Shown here: one piece after another, positions 7,534-17,128 of the stretch | How the letters are laid out: every line of letters starts with the position of its first letter | How positions within the stretch are numbered: the first letter of the stretch is position 1 | Origin: Rhodoferax sp. | Lineage (GTDB): Bacteria; Pseudomonadota; Gammaproteobacteria; Burkholderiales; Burkholderiaceae_C | Length of the DNA: 64,000 nt | Direction: 5' to 3' | Assembly: GCA_046348185.1 (NCBI GenBank) | Contig: JAXMER010000015.1 | Span: 13,834 to 77,833, forward strand | Made by a program: the position numbers and the translations under genes | Notes under the pieces: generated by a model | Seen by the model: only the letters and a program-made list of their open reading frames with translations | Told to the model about the DNA's origin: nothing | Databases searched by the model: none

Positions 7534-9954
7534 TCAGGTTGTGGGCCGCTGCGCCAGTTTGCCCCGTTCGCCCGCTGCCCCTTGCAAACCCGCCGGCGGC
7601 AGGCGGGCCCACTTACCCTGGGCGGCATCGGCATTGCAGGCGCTGGCAAAGGCCACCTGCACCGCATTGCCGGTGGCGCCGGCCAGGCTCAGGCAGTTCT
7701 GTCCCAGCTTGGCATTGAGCGGCTTGAGCACGCTGTCATTGAGTAAATCGGCGGCATTGCCCTCGGCCATGCGCAGCTGGTACGTGCCTGCTTCGGCGTC
7801 GGGCTGAGCGTCCAGTACCGCGCGCAGCGAACGCAGCTCGCGCAGCAGCCACTGGCCACTGGCAGCATCGGGCAGACCGGTGATTCGCAGCGCGACATTC
7901 TGGGCGCCGTAGGCAAAGTGTTCGAGGAAGAAGTTTTTGGAGAACTCATCGCCCACCAGCTTGCCGATCTCCATCAGGGCCTGGTCCTCCGTGGCCCAGC
8001 TCTTGCCGCTGGGCGTGACGGTGTTGAGGTACACCTCTTCGCCGCTGGCGCGGTCGGTGGCTTTCAGCGTCCAGGAGGTCAGGGCCGTCTTGGTGATGGT
8101 CAGGCCCGAGCTCGGCAGGCGCGCGGACAAGGGCTTGAGCTTGACTTCGCCATCGATCTGGAAGTCTGGCGCCTGGGCATTGGCAGCTGCGGCGGTATCG
8201 CCCTGCGCGGACCAGACCCGAAAGCCGAAGGACTTGATACGGTCCTTGAGCACGTTTTCAGCCACCATGGAGCGGTCTGGTGGAAAGGGTTGGGCACTGT
8301 CGGCATTGCGGATGCTGATGCGGATGGCCACCTTGGGGTCGCCATTGGCACGGATGAAGTCAATGCGCTCTTCCTTGGAGAGCTGGTTGAGGGACTTCTG
8401 CACGTCACGCACTTTCACCACGGCACGCGCTTCGGTTTGCACCAGGCCATCGGGTCCGGCGGAGGGCGCGCCCTCCTGGATCACGGTCTTGATGTACGCG
8501 CCGGGCTGCGCCAGCAGCTTGCGTTCCAGTACGGTGTAGTTCTTGGCGATGGAATCCTTGTCCACGTACAGGGCCACGGCTTTTTCCACCAGCTGGCGCA
8601 TGGCGTCGCTGCGCGACTCGGCTTGTGCGTCCTGGGCATTGGCGAAGCGCGCGTCTTTCGGGTTGGCCAAGCCTAGTGCGCTGATGACCAAGGTGCCGGG
8701 TTCGGGTGCGGGCTCGTTGGCGGCGATTGCCACGGGTGTAGGGGATGTCGTGGCCTGCGCAGCGGTGGCGTTGCTGGCCGCGGGTGCGGCCGGTGCAGTC
8801 GCACTGGAATCGGGTGCCTTGGAGCGACCGCCGTACCACAGGCCGGCGCCACCCAGCACGGCTACCGCAATGCCTGCAGCCATGGCTACGGCGGGAAACT
8901 TCTTCGGGCTCTGCGCTGCAGCTGCGGCTGCAGGCGCTGGTGATTGCGGTGCGCGTTGCGCGGCGCCCTGTGGCAAGGGGGCGGGTGTCGGTGCGGCACT
9001 GGCAGCGGGCTTGGGCGCCGGGGGCGCAGGGTTCACCTGGCTCACGGCGGTACGATTCGGATCGTCGGCGGGTGCAGCCGGTGCAGACAGCGCTTGAGCA
9101 AGGGCCTCGGAAAACTCGCGCGCGGTCTGGTAGCGCTCCTGCGGGTTCTTGGCCATGGCCTTCTTCACCACGGCGTCCAGTGCGGGCGGCAGGGCCACGT
9201 TCAGCATGGACGGGGCCAGTGGCTCCTCGTGCAGCACCTTGAACATGATGGTGGTCGAGTTGCCGGTAAAGGGCTTCTCGCCGGTGAGAAACTGGTACAG
9301 CACGACGCCGCACGAGAACAGGTCGCTGCGTGCATCCACGGGTTGCCCCATGAACTGCTCGGGCGACATGTAGGCCGGCGTGCCCAGCACGGTGCCTACC
9401 TGGGTCAGCTCGGATTTTTCGATGCGCGCAATCCCGAAGTCGGCCACCTTGACCCTGCCATCGGGCAGCACGATCAGGTTGGCGGGCTTGATGTCGCGGT
9501 GCACCACGCCGTGGCGGTGCGCGTGGTCCAGCGCATCCAGGATGTCGCCCATCAGGCGCTGCACATCGGGCAGGGCAAAGCGTTCGTTGGCTTCGAAGTA
9601 GTCGCGCAGCTCCTTGCCCTGCACGAACTCCATGGCAATGTAGGCAATGGGCTGGCGCGCTTGCATCGCCGCCTCGCCTGCGACCATGGTGTGGTCGTCG
9701 TCGGCCACCTCTTCGCCATAGTCGTACACCGCCACGATGCCGGGGTGGTTCAGGCGCCCGGCGGCCTGCGCCTCGCGTTTGAAGCGCGCCATCACCTGGC
9801 TGGCTTCCTCACCCTTGAGTTGCTGGGGCAAGATGGTCTTGATGGCGACGGTGCGCTCGATCAGCGGATCGAAGCCCTCATAGACCACCCCCATGGCGCC
9901 CTTGCCCAGTTCGCGACGGATGGAATATTTGCCTAAGTGCGTGATCGTTGCCAT
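7534..9954 (-). CDS. Hanks-type Ser/Thr protein kinase with Pro/Ala-rich linker, one TM helix and a ~420-aa periplasmic region
   Basis: GKGAMGVVYEG, HRDIKPANLIV, DFGIA and GTPAYMSPEQ. TM helix [22 protein letters not shown]. The C-terminal region resembles the two upstream secreted proteins. Confidence 0.92.
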   Translation of the reverse strand: MATITHLGKYSIRRELGKGAMGVVYEGFDPLIERTVAIKTILPQQLKGEEASQVMARFKREAQAAGRLNHPGIVAVYDYGEEVADDDHTMVAGEAAMQARQPIAYIAMEFVQGKELRDYFEANERFALPDVQRLMGDILDALDHAHRHGVVHRDIKPANLIVLPDGRVKVADFGIARIEKSELTQVGTVLGTPAYMSPEQFMGQPVDARSDLFSCGVVLYQFLTGEKPFTGNSTTIMFKVLHEEPLAPSMLNVALPPALDAVVKKAMAKNPQERYQTAREFSEALAQALSAPAAPADDPNRTAVSQVNPAPPAPKPAASAAPTPAPLPQGAAQRAPQSPAPAAAAAAQSPKKFPAVAMAAGIAVAVLGGAGLWYGGRSKAPDSSATAPAAPAASNATAAQATTSPTPVAIAANEPAPEPGTLVISALGLANPKDARFANAQDAQAESRSDAMRQLVEKAVALYVDKDSIAKNYTVLERKLLAQPGAYIKTVIQEGAPSAGPDGLVQTEARAVVKVRDVQKSLNQLSKEERIDFIRANGDPKVAIRISIRNADSAQPFPPDRSMVAENVLKDRIKSFGFRVWSAQGDTAAAANAQAPDFQIDGEVKLKPLSARLPSSGLTITKTALTSWTLKATDRASGEEVYLNTVTPSGKSWATEDQALMEIGKLVGDEFSKNFFLEHFAYGAQNVALRITGLPDAASGQWLLRELRSLRAVLDAQPDAEAGTYQLRMAEGNAADLLNDSVLKPLNAKLGQNCLSLAGATGNAVQVAFASACNADAAQGKWARLPPAGLQGAAGERGKLAQRPTT

Positions 9955-9980
9955 AGCTTGAGCGCCGACAGATCGTCGAA

Positions 9981-10787
9981 CTATTTGTATTTGGAATCAA
10001 TGTCCCAAACCAGCGTCTGCACCAGGCGCTGCACCATGGTGTCCAGGCCCACGCCGCCTTTGGCAGATTCCGAAACGCCCATCACCGAGGTGCCAGTGGC
10101 GCCTACTTCCATCTTCAGGTCCTTGTAGCCCTGGGCCACCTGCTCGGTGGTGTTGGCGTCCATGATCTTGTAGCGCATGCCGATGAGCCAGACACCGGTG
10201 CTGTCGGCGGTCTGCACCGATCCGGCCACCGTGCTGGCGGCCTGGCCCGCCATGCTGCCGCCACCGAAAATGCCCAGCAGGCCCCCGACAGCGCGGCCAT
10301 CGAAGCCTTTCTTGTTTTCGGCGATCTGCTCGGCCTTAAGGATGTCGAACTTCACGACCCACTTGGTGGTCTTGAGCTTGCCCATCTGCATGGTCTTGCG
10401 TGCGGCGTTGGGATCGCCCAGGTTGTAGGCCAGCGAGATCTCATTGAGCAGCGGGCCGATGTTGGTGCGCTCCAACACGGGGAAGTTGGCCTGCGACAAC
10501 TCCAGCTCGGCAAAGTCGGCGATGTTGTTGGGCAGGAAGCGCTGGGTGAAGCTGGCGTTGTTGCTCTTGATCTCGCCGGGGATGACGATCAGCGCCGGTC
10601 CACGCTTGGCCCGGTTGGTGTACGAAATTTCCTGGTACGCCGCAGCATCGGCCGCGGCATTGGCCTTCTCGGAGGTGGAGGTGCCTGCTGTGGGCGAGGG
10701 GTTGCCGAACGTGGGCTGGGCCTGTGCGGCCAGGCCGGTCAGGGCCAGAGCCAGTGCGGCGGCCCGATGAAAGGTGGTGATGCGCAT
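9981..10787 (-). CDS. Secreted CsgG-like (curli-assembly-component fold) protein
   Basis: Signal peptide. FPVLERTNIGPLLNE, WVVKFDILKAE and GVWLIGMRYKIMDANTTEQV resemble CsgG/LpoB-type modules. Assigned from motif memory only. Confidence 0.55.
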   Translation of the reverse strand: MRITTFHRAAALALALTGLAAQAQPTFGNPSPTAGTSTSEKANAAADAAAYQEISYTNRAKRGPALIVIPGEIKSNNASFTQRFLPNNIADFAELELSQANFPVLERTNIGPLLNEISLAYNLGDPNAARKTMQMGKLKTTKWVVKFDILKAEQIAENKKGFDGRAVGGLLGIFGGGSMAGQAASTVAGSVQTADSTGVWLIGMRYKIMDANTTEQVAQGYKDLKMEVGATGTSVMGVSESAKGGVGLDTMVQRLVQTLVWDIDSKYK

Positions 10788-10842
10788 CGTCTTGCTCCCA
10801 AAAAGATGGTTATTGGATGGATGAAAACAAAATACCTGAAAC

Positions 10843-11490
10843 TCAGCCGCCCGCCTTGCTGCAGTAGTCGCTGTACAGCTGTGCCACCACTTCGTCGGCC
10901 TTCTCCTGCACCAGGGTCAGAGCCAGGCCGGTGGTGTCGGGGCCGGAGTAGCTGGCGTTGTCGGCGCTGGTTTGGGACAGCACCCGGCCCTTGGCGTCGG
11001 TCAACGTGAACTGCATGCGCACCGAGACCTGGTTTACGCGCGCAATGGTGTTGTAGGCCGCCTGGCTGGAGATGAGCCCGCGCAGGATGTACTGTGCCGC
11101 ATGCTTCTTCGAAGCCGCCAGCGCGCCGTCGGGGTCATTCTTGAAGTAGGCGTCGATCTCGGCCTGAGCAACCTGCGCGCGAATCTGTTCTTGCGTAAAG
11201 GTCTTCAGCCCCAGCGCCTGCAGGCGGGCGTTGAGTGCGTCGAAGTGGCCGCCGTAGCGGGATTGCGCGGTTTGCAGTAGGCCGTTGGTGCTGTCGGCTA
11301 TCAGCACCATGATCTTCTGGTTCTTGATCTTGGCTTTGCAGGGGCTGGCCAGCAGCGCCTGCACACGGGCCTGCGTTTCCAGCTCGCGCGCCTTGTCGGC
11401 GTTGTCGTCGTTGGAGAACTTGAATCCCTGCGCCAGGCTGACGCTGGCCCACAAGCCAAAGGTGATCGCAGCGGCAGTAGCAAGGCGCAT
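10843..11490 (-). CDS. Secreted hypothetical protein, first gene of the kinase operon
   Basis: Signal peptide MRLATAAAITFGLWASVSLAQG. Same strand as, and closely spaced with, the two downstream genes. No family recognised. Confidence 0.6.
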   Translation of the reverse strand: MRLATAAAITFGLWASVSLAQGFKFSNDDNADKARELETQARVQALLASPCKAKIKNQKIMVLIADSTNGLLQTAQSRYGGHFDALNARLQALGLKTFTQEQIRAQVAQAEIDAYFKNDPDGALAASKKHAAQYILRGLISSQAAYNTIARVNQVSVRMQFTLTDAKGRVLSQTSADNASYSGPDTTGLALTLVQEKADEVVAQLYSDYCSKAGG

Positions 11491-11592
11491 GAATGGGTTC
11501 CCGTAGGGATGGACGCGCGATTATAGGAAGCGGGTTTTGCGTCGCCTATGCGGGTTCCCACGGGGTTGTAAGCACTTGTATCGGGTCCGGAT

Positions 11593-12072
11593 TTAACGCA
11601 GTGGCAGCCGCGTCGTGCTTTTAACCTCTTCCATCACGGCGTAGGTGCGGGTTTCGCGCACGCCCGGCAATTGCCACAGCACCGTGCCGGCAAAAGCGCG
11701 GTAGGCCTCCATGTCGGCCATGCGGGTCTTGAGCAGGTAGTCAAAGCCGCCGGCCACCATATGGCATTCCGTGATGGCATCGTGCACCTGCACCGCCGCT
11801 TTGAAGGCCTCGAACACGTTGGGCGTGGTCTTGTCCAGCAGCACTTCCACAAACACCATCATGCCCGCACCCAGTTTCAAGGGATTGAGCCGCGCCTCGT
11901 AGCCCAGGATGTAGCCCTCCTTGCTCAGGCGCTGCACGCGCGCCAGTACGGCGGTGGGGGACAGGGCCACCGCCTCGGCCAGCTTGAGGTTGGAGATGCG
12001 CCCATCTTCCTGCAGGCAGTGCAGGATCTTGAGGTCGATGCGGTCCAGCGGTAGATGATGGGCAGAAGACAT
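11593..12072 (-). CDS. Lrp/AsnC family transcriptional regulator (PutR-like by position)
   Basis: LDRIDLKILHCLQEDGRISNLKLAEAVALSPTAVLARVQRLSKEGYILGY. Divergent from putA. Confidence 0.9.
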   Translation of the reverse strand: MSSAHHLPLDRIDLKILHCLQEDGRISNLKLAEAVALSPTAVLARVQRLSKEGYILGYEARLNPLKLGAGMMVFVEVLLDKTTPNVFEAFKAAVQVHDAITECHMVAGGFDYLLKTRMADMEAYRAFAGTVLWQLPGVRETRTYAVMEEVKSTTRLPLR

Positions 12073-12114
12073 GGCAGGTTTGGTGAATATTTGACTAGAA
12101 AATGGCCAAAATTA

Positions 12115-12129
12115 AGTGAAAAATTCACT
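12115..12129. promoter_or_regulatory. Inverted repeat AGTGAA-AAA-TTCACT in the divergent lrp-type/putA intergenic region (candidate regulator site)
   Basis: 6-bp arms with a 3-nt spacer, inside the A/T-rich 118-nt divergent promoter region. Confidence 0.35.
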
Positions 12130-12190
12130 GCGGTTTCCAAGAATATAGCGACTTCGTGAAAACACACCCAGCTATTTCGGAGACACCGCC

Positions 12191-15100
12191 ATGACCGTCG
12201 CGCAACGCCTGCCCTTTCCTTATCGACCCGAATCCGAAGTCGTAGCCCAGCGTCTGCAGAGCCTGCACCACAGCCTGGACTGGGCCGCCGCAGCCCGCGT
12301 GGCCGCACCCTGGGTGCAGGCCGTGCGGGACAACCCGCCGCCTTTCTGGGCCATGGAAAGTCTGCTCAAGGAATACCCCATCTCCAGTGCAGAAGGCCTT
12401 GCCCTGATGCGCCTGGCCGAGGCCCTCTTGCGTGTGCCCGATGCCGAAACCGCCATTGCCCTCACCGCCGACCAGCTGGGCCGGGCCGACTTTGACGGCG
12501 CGGGCGACAAGGTGCTGGCGCGCCTTTCCAGCACGGCCATTGCCATGAGCAAGCACTTCTTGCCGCACCCGCAGACTGGCGCGGGCGCACCCGAAGAGCC
12601 CGGGCTGATGGCCAAGCTCGGCGCGCGCACCGTGGTGGCCGCCACCCTGCGCGCGGTGCAGTTGCTGGGGCGCCAGTTCGTGCTGGGCCAAACCATGAAG
12701 GAAGCGCAGCACGAGGCTGCCAGCGCCCGCAAACATGCATCCGTGCGGTTCTCGTACGACATGCTGGGCGAAGGCGCGCGCACCGATGAAGATGCCTTGC
12801 GCTACCTGAAGGCCTATGCCGATGCTATTGAATCCATAGCTGAAAAAGCAGATTTCACGGGGGCTACCGAACAAAATGATGGTATCTCCATCAAACTCAG
12901 CGCTCTGCACTCGCGCTACGAGGACGCGCAAAGCCAGCGCGTCATGGACGAGCTGGTGCCCCGTGTCTGGGGCCTGTGCCAGCAAGCGGCCAAGGCCAAC
13001 ATCAACCTCACCATCGACGCCGAGGAGGTGGACCGCCTGGAACTGTCGCTGGAGGTGTTCGAGGCCCTGCTGGCGCGTGTGGCCGAGCACTGCCCGCAGT
13101 GGCGGGGCTTTGGCCTGGCCATGCAGGCCTACCAGACCCGTGCGCTGGAACTGATCGAGCACCTCACCGCCCTGGCGCGGCGCTACCGCGTGCGCCTGAT
13201 GTGCCGCCTGGTCAAAGGCGCATATTGGGACGCCGAGGTCAAGCGCGCGCAAGAGCTGGGCCTGCCCGGCTACCCAGTGTTCACCCACAAGCACCATACC
13301 GATATCTCCTACCTGGCCTGTGCACGCGCACTGCTGGACGCGCCCGACGCCATCTACCCCCAATTTGCCACGCACAACGCGGGCACCATTGCCGCCATCC
13401 TGCAAATGGGCGCCAAGACGGGGGCCGCATTTGAATTGCAGCGCCTGCACGGCATGGGCGAAGGCGTGTACCGCGAGGTGCTGAAGAACCCCCTGGTGTC
13501 CTGTCGCGTCTACGCGCCGGTGGGCGCCCACCGCGACCTGCTGGCCTACCTGGTGCGTCGCTTGCTGGAGAACGGCGCCAACTCGTCCTTTGTGCACCAA
13601 CTGGCCGACGAAAGCGTGGGCATGGAAGAGCTGCTGATTTCGCCGTTGCGCCTGGAGCACCACGCCAGCCTGCCGCTACCCGCGCACCTGTTCGGCGAGC
13701 ATGCCGGTGCGCGCAAGAACAGCGTGGGCGTGGACCTGACCGTGCCCTCCATGCGCGAGCCGCTCATGGCGGCCCTGGCCAGCGTCGAGGTACCCGTGGT
13801 GCCCGAGGCCGATCTGGCCACCATTGCGCCAGCCTTTGCCCGCGCCGAGGCGGCGGGTTGGGGCTGGCGCAACACCGACGTGGCCCAGCGCAGCGCCATG
13901 CTGCGCGCGGCGGCCGACGCTTTGAGCGAGCGCACCCCGCAGTTCTGCGCCTTGCTGGTGAAAGAGGCGCACAAGACCTGGGGCGACGCCGTTTCTGAGG
14001 TGCGCGAGGCGGTGGACTTCCTGCGCTACTACGCCGATGAGGCCCAGCGCATCATGCAGCCGCTGGCGCAGCCGCAGGTGCATGGCGTGCCCGCTGGTGC
14101 GCAGCCCTGGGGCGTGACGGGTGAGACCAACACGCTCACCCTGACGGCGCGCGGTGTGTGGGTATGCATCAGCCCCTGGAACTTTCCGCTGGCCATCTTC
14201 ATGGGCCAGGTTGCCGCAGCGCTGGCCACCGGCAATACCGTGTTGGCCAAGCCTGCCGAGCAGACGCCGGGCGTGGCACTGGAAGCCGTGAAGCTGATGC
14301 ACGCCGCAGGTATCCCGGTGGATGCGTTGCAACTGCTGCATGGCGCGGGCGAAACCGTGGGTGCCGCCCTGGTGGCGCAGCCGCGTGTGGCCGGTGTGGT
14401 GTTTACCGGCTCCACCCAGGTGGCCAAGATCATCCAGCGCGCCCTGGCCGCCAAGGATGGCCCCATCGTGCCGCTGATCGCCGAAACCGGTGGTATCAAC
14501 GCCATGCTGGTCGACAGCAGCGCGCTGCCCGAGCAGGTGGTCGATGCCGTGGTGCAAAGTGCGTTCCGCTCCGCCGGCCAGCGCTGCTCGGCCCTGCGTC
14601 TTCTGTGTGTGCATGAGAGCATTGCCGACGGCGTCATCGCCATGCTGCAAGGGGCTGCGCAAGAACTGGCGGTGGGCGATACCGCCGACCTGGCCACCGA
14701 CGTGGGGCCGGTCATCGACCGCGAGGCCTACGACAACATCCAGCGCCACCTGCAGCGCCTGCATGCACAGGCAAAAGTACTAGTAGCCCCCGGCAATACT
14801 GGTTACAAAGCTACCAAAACCATAGCAAATCTGGTGCCGCCCCACGCCTTCGAGGTCAGCGGCATTGCCGACGTCAGCGCAGAAATCTTCGGCCCGGTGC
14901 TGCAAGTGGTGCGCTGGGGGGGCGACCCGGCCGATGTGATCGCCCAGGTCAACGCATTGGGCTACGGCCTGACGCTGGGCATTCAGACCCGCATCGACTC
15001 CCGCGCCCAGGCGCTGGCGCGGGCCGCCCATGTGGGTAACGTGTACATCAACCGCAACATGATCGGGGCCGTGGTGGGCGTGCAGCCCTTTGGTGGCGAG

Positions 15101-15229
15101 GGCTTGTCCGGCACCGGCCCCAAGGCCGGTGGCCCGCACTATCTGTACCGCTTCTGCGCCGAGCAGACCGTCAGCATCAATACCACCGCTGCGGGGGGCA
15201 ACGCCACGCTGCTGGCGGGAATGCACTGA
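12191..15229 (+). CDS. putA: Bifunctional proline dehydrogenase / L-glutamate-gamma-semialdehyde dehydrogenase PutA
   Basis: 1012 aa. GISIKLSALHSRY (PRODH domain) and FGGEGLSGTGPKAGGPHYL (aldehyde dehydrogenase end). Hosts type-1 copies B and C. Confidence 0.95.
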   Translation: MTVAQRLPFPYRPESEVVAQRLQSLHHSLDWAAAARVAAPWVQAVRDNPPPFWAMESLLKEYPISSAEGLALMRLAEALLRVPDAETAIALTADQLGRADFDGAGDKVLARLSSTAIAMSKHFLPHPQTGAGAPEEPGLMAKLGARTVVAATLRAVQLLGRQFVLGQTMKEAQHEAASARKHASVRFSYDMLGEGARTDEDALRYLKAYADAIESIAEKADFTGATEQNDGISIKLSALHSRYEDAQSQRVMDELVPRVWGLCQQAAKANINLTIDAEEVDRLELSLEVFEALLARVAEHCPQWRGFGLAMQAYQTRALELIEHLTALARRYRVRLMCRLVKGAYWDAEVKRAQELGLPGYPVFTHKHHTDISYLACARALLDAPDAIYPQFATHNAGTIAAILQMGAKTGAAFELQRLHGMGEGVYREVLKNPLVSCRVYAPVGAHRDLLAYLVRRLLENGANSSFVHQLADESVGMEELLISPLRLEHHASLPLPAHLFGEHAGARKNSVGVDLTVPSMREPLMAALASVEVPVVPEADLATIAPAFARAEAAGWGWRNTDVAQRSAMLRAAADALSERTPQFCALLVKEAHKTWGDAVSEVREAVDFLRYYADEAQRIMQPLAQPQVHGVPAGAQPWGVTGETNTLTLTARGVWVCISPWNFPLAIFMGQVAAALATGNTVLAKPAEQTPGVALEAVKLMHAAGIPVDALQLLHGAGETVGAALVAQPRVAGVVFTGSTQVAKIIQRALAAKDGPIVPLIAETGGINAMLVDSSALPEQVVDAVVQSAFRSAGQRCSALRLLCVHESIADGVIAMLQGAAQELAVGDTADLATDVGPVIDREAYDNIQRHLQRLHAQAKVLVAPGNTGYKATKTIANLVPPHAFEVSGIADVSAEIFGPVLQVVRWGGDPADVIAQVNALGYGLTLGIQTRIDSRAQALARAAHVGNVYINRNMIGAVVGVQPFGGEGLSGTGPKAGGPHYLYRFCAEQTVSINTTAAGGNATLLAGMH
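12834..12876 (-). repeat. Type-1 43-nt repeat, copy B (inside putA)
   Basis: Reverse complement: TAGCCCCCG TGAAATCTGCTTTTTCA GCTATGGATTCAATAGC. Read as AIESIAEKADFTGA. Confidence 0.85.
14784..14826 (+). repeat. Type-1 43-nt repeat, copy C (inside putA, opposite orientation to copy B)
   Basis: TAGCCCCCG GCAATACTGGTTACAAA GCTACCAAAACCATAGC. Read as VAPGNTGYKATKTIA. Confidence 0.85.
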
Positions 15230-15460
15230 GGCTCGAGACGATGATCGACGTCTCAAACCGGACCTTGACAAGCTGGCGTTTTTGACGTTTTCGGATTGTT
15301 TTGGGTGTGGGCGTTTCAGGCGAAAGTTGGCGTGGTTGCTTTGGCGTAAAGTACCCAGCTAGCTTTTGAAAGACACGTCCCTATGGTTCGCGCACCCACC
15401 ACCAAACCCCCTAAAGAAGCACTGCTGGAATTCCGAGGATGAACCTGCAGGAGTAGAAGC

Positions 15461-17128
15461 ATGAGCGTTGACATGGATGTAAAGTTGTCTTCCTTGCTCT
15501 CGTTGCCTGCTGAGAACGAAGTCGTCGAATTCAAAGAGGCCAAGAATGGCTACGATTTCACCAAGCTGGGCAAGTATTTCTCGGCCCTATGCAATGAAGC
15601 CAACTTGAAACACCAGCGCACAGCGTGGCTGGTGTTCGGCGTAAACAACGGTCGTCAGGTGGTGGGAACCGGCTTTCGCGTAATGCGCAAGGACTTGGAT
15701 AGCCTGAAAGAAGAGATTGCCAACAAAACTACCAACCGCATCACCTTCATCGAAATCCATGAGGCTGCGCACGCAGATGGGCGAGTAGTTCTGTTTGAGA
15801 TTCCCGCTGCGCCCAAAGGCCTGCCAGTGGCGTTTGAAGGGCATTACTACGGGCGCGATGGAGAGGCACTGTCGCCGTTGAACTTGGAAGAAATCGAACG
15901 CATCCGTGCCCAGTCCACCGTGGACGACTGGAGTGCGGCCGTCGTGCCCGATGCCGGTGTGACCGATCTGGATGAGGACGCCTTGGCAGTGGCGCGGCAC
16001 AACTTCAAAAGCAAGTTCCCGGACAAGGCCTCCGATGTGGATGGCTGGGACACGGTAACCTTCTTGAACAAAGCCAAGCTCACCATCAAGGGGCGGATGA
16101 CCCGCACGGCTCTGTTGTTGTTGGGTCGTGAAGAGGCGGAACATTTCCTGTCGCCCGCCGAAGCCAAGATTCGCTGGCTGCTCAAGGACCACCTGGGCAA
16201 TGACCGGGATTACGCACTATTTGGTATGCCCCTGCTGCTGGCCGTGGACAAGGTGTACGCCAAGATTAGAAACCTGAAGTACCGCTACATCCGCGAAGGC
16301 ACGCTGTTCCCTGACGAGATAGACCAGTACGAGCCGTATGCAATTCGCGAAGCCCTGAATAACTGTATTGCGCACCAGGACTACACCTTGGCGGGTCGCA
16401 TCAACGTGGTCGAGCGGGAAGAAAGCCTGAGCTTCACTAACAAGGGCAGCTTTGTGCCCGGCGACGTGCGCCGGGTGGTGATGGAGGATGCGCCCGAAGA
16501 GCATTACCGCAACCGTTTCTTGGCCACCGCCATGTTCAACCTGAAGATGGTGGACACAGCGGGTGGCGGCATACGCAAGCTGTTTCTGTATCAGAAGCAG
16601 CGCTTCTTCCCCATGCCGGATTTCGATTTTTCTGACAACCGGGTGCAGTTGACGCTGACGGGCAAGGTGCTGGACATGGACTACGCTCGCATGCTGGCCC
16701 GCGATGGTGACCTGACCTTGCAAGAAATCATGGCACTGGACAAAGTGCAGAAACGCTTGGCGCTTGATGCTGGTGAAGAAAAGCTGCTGAAGGCCAAGGG
16801 ACTGATAGAAGGACGCAAGCCCAACTACTTTGTGGCCAAGTCGCTGGCGCAGCAAACCGGGCAGAAGGCGCGCTACAGCAAGAACCTCGCGTTTGACAAA
16901 CAGTATTACCTTGACCTGATTTGCAAGTCCGCAAAAGAACACGGCTCGTTGTCGCGCAAGGATATTGATGAGTTGCTGTGGAACAAGTTGCCGGACTGGA
17001 TGAACGAAAAGCAGCGCAAGACCAAAGTTGGGAATTTGTTGGCTGAACTGCGCCGGGCCAACAAAATTGCAAACCAAGGCAGCGACACACGCCCAGTCTG
17101 GGCTCTCGTGCAGTCTGCGGATTTATGA
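15461..17128 (+). CDS. AlbA_2 (Schlafen-like, 'divergent AAA') domain protein with a C-terminal HATPase_c_4/RecG-C-like region (COG2865 type)
   Basis: ENEVVEFKEAKNGYDFTKLGKYFSALCNEANL...WLVFGV, later IREALNNCIAHQDYTLAGRINVVE. The gene and its flanks are visibly lower in GC than putA and folB. Confidence 0.75.
   Translation: MSVDMDVKLSSLLSLPAENEVVEFKEAKNGYDFTKLGKYFSALCNEANLKHQRTAWLVFGVNNGRQVVGTGFRVMRKDLDSLKEEIANKTTNRITFIEIHEAAHADGRVVLFEIPAAPKGLPVAFEGHYYGRDGEALSPLNLEEIERIRAQSTVDDWSAAVVPDAGVTDLDEDALAVARHNFKSKFPDKASDVDGWDTVTFLNKAKLTIKGRMTRTALLLLGREEAEHFLSPAEAKIRWLLKDHLGNDRDYALFGMPLLLAVDKVYAKIRNLKYRYIREGTLFPDEIDQYEPYAIREALNNCIAHQDYTLAGRINVVEREESLSFTNKGSFVPGDVRRVVMEDAPEEHYRNRFLATAMFNLKMVDTAGGGIRKLFLYQKQRFFPMPDFDFSDNRVQLTLTGKVLDMDYARMLARDGDLTLQEIMALDKVQKRLALDAGEEKLLKAKGLIEGRKPNYFVAKSLAQQTGQKARYSKNLAFDKQYYLDLICKSAKEHGSLSRKDIDELLWNKLPDWMNEKQRKTKVGNLLAELRRANKIANQGSDTRPVWALVQSADL

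Noticed and set aside
8700-9100. Repetitive GC-rich stretch that might suggest a tandem repeat or array
   Set aside because: It is the Pro/Ala-rich linker of the kinase (APAAPA..., PAPKPAASAAPTPAP). It has no spacer/repeat periodicity, so it is not a CRISPR or VNTR.
12125-13663. 512-aa ORF on the minus strand
   Set aside because: Entirely antisense to putA, whose product has clear homology. The translation is Gly/Ala/Arg/His-rich low-complexity, typical of shadow ORFs in high-GC DNA.
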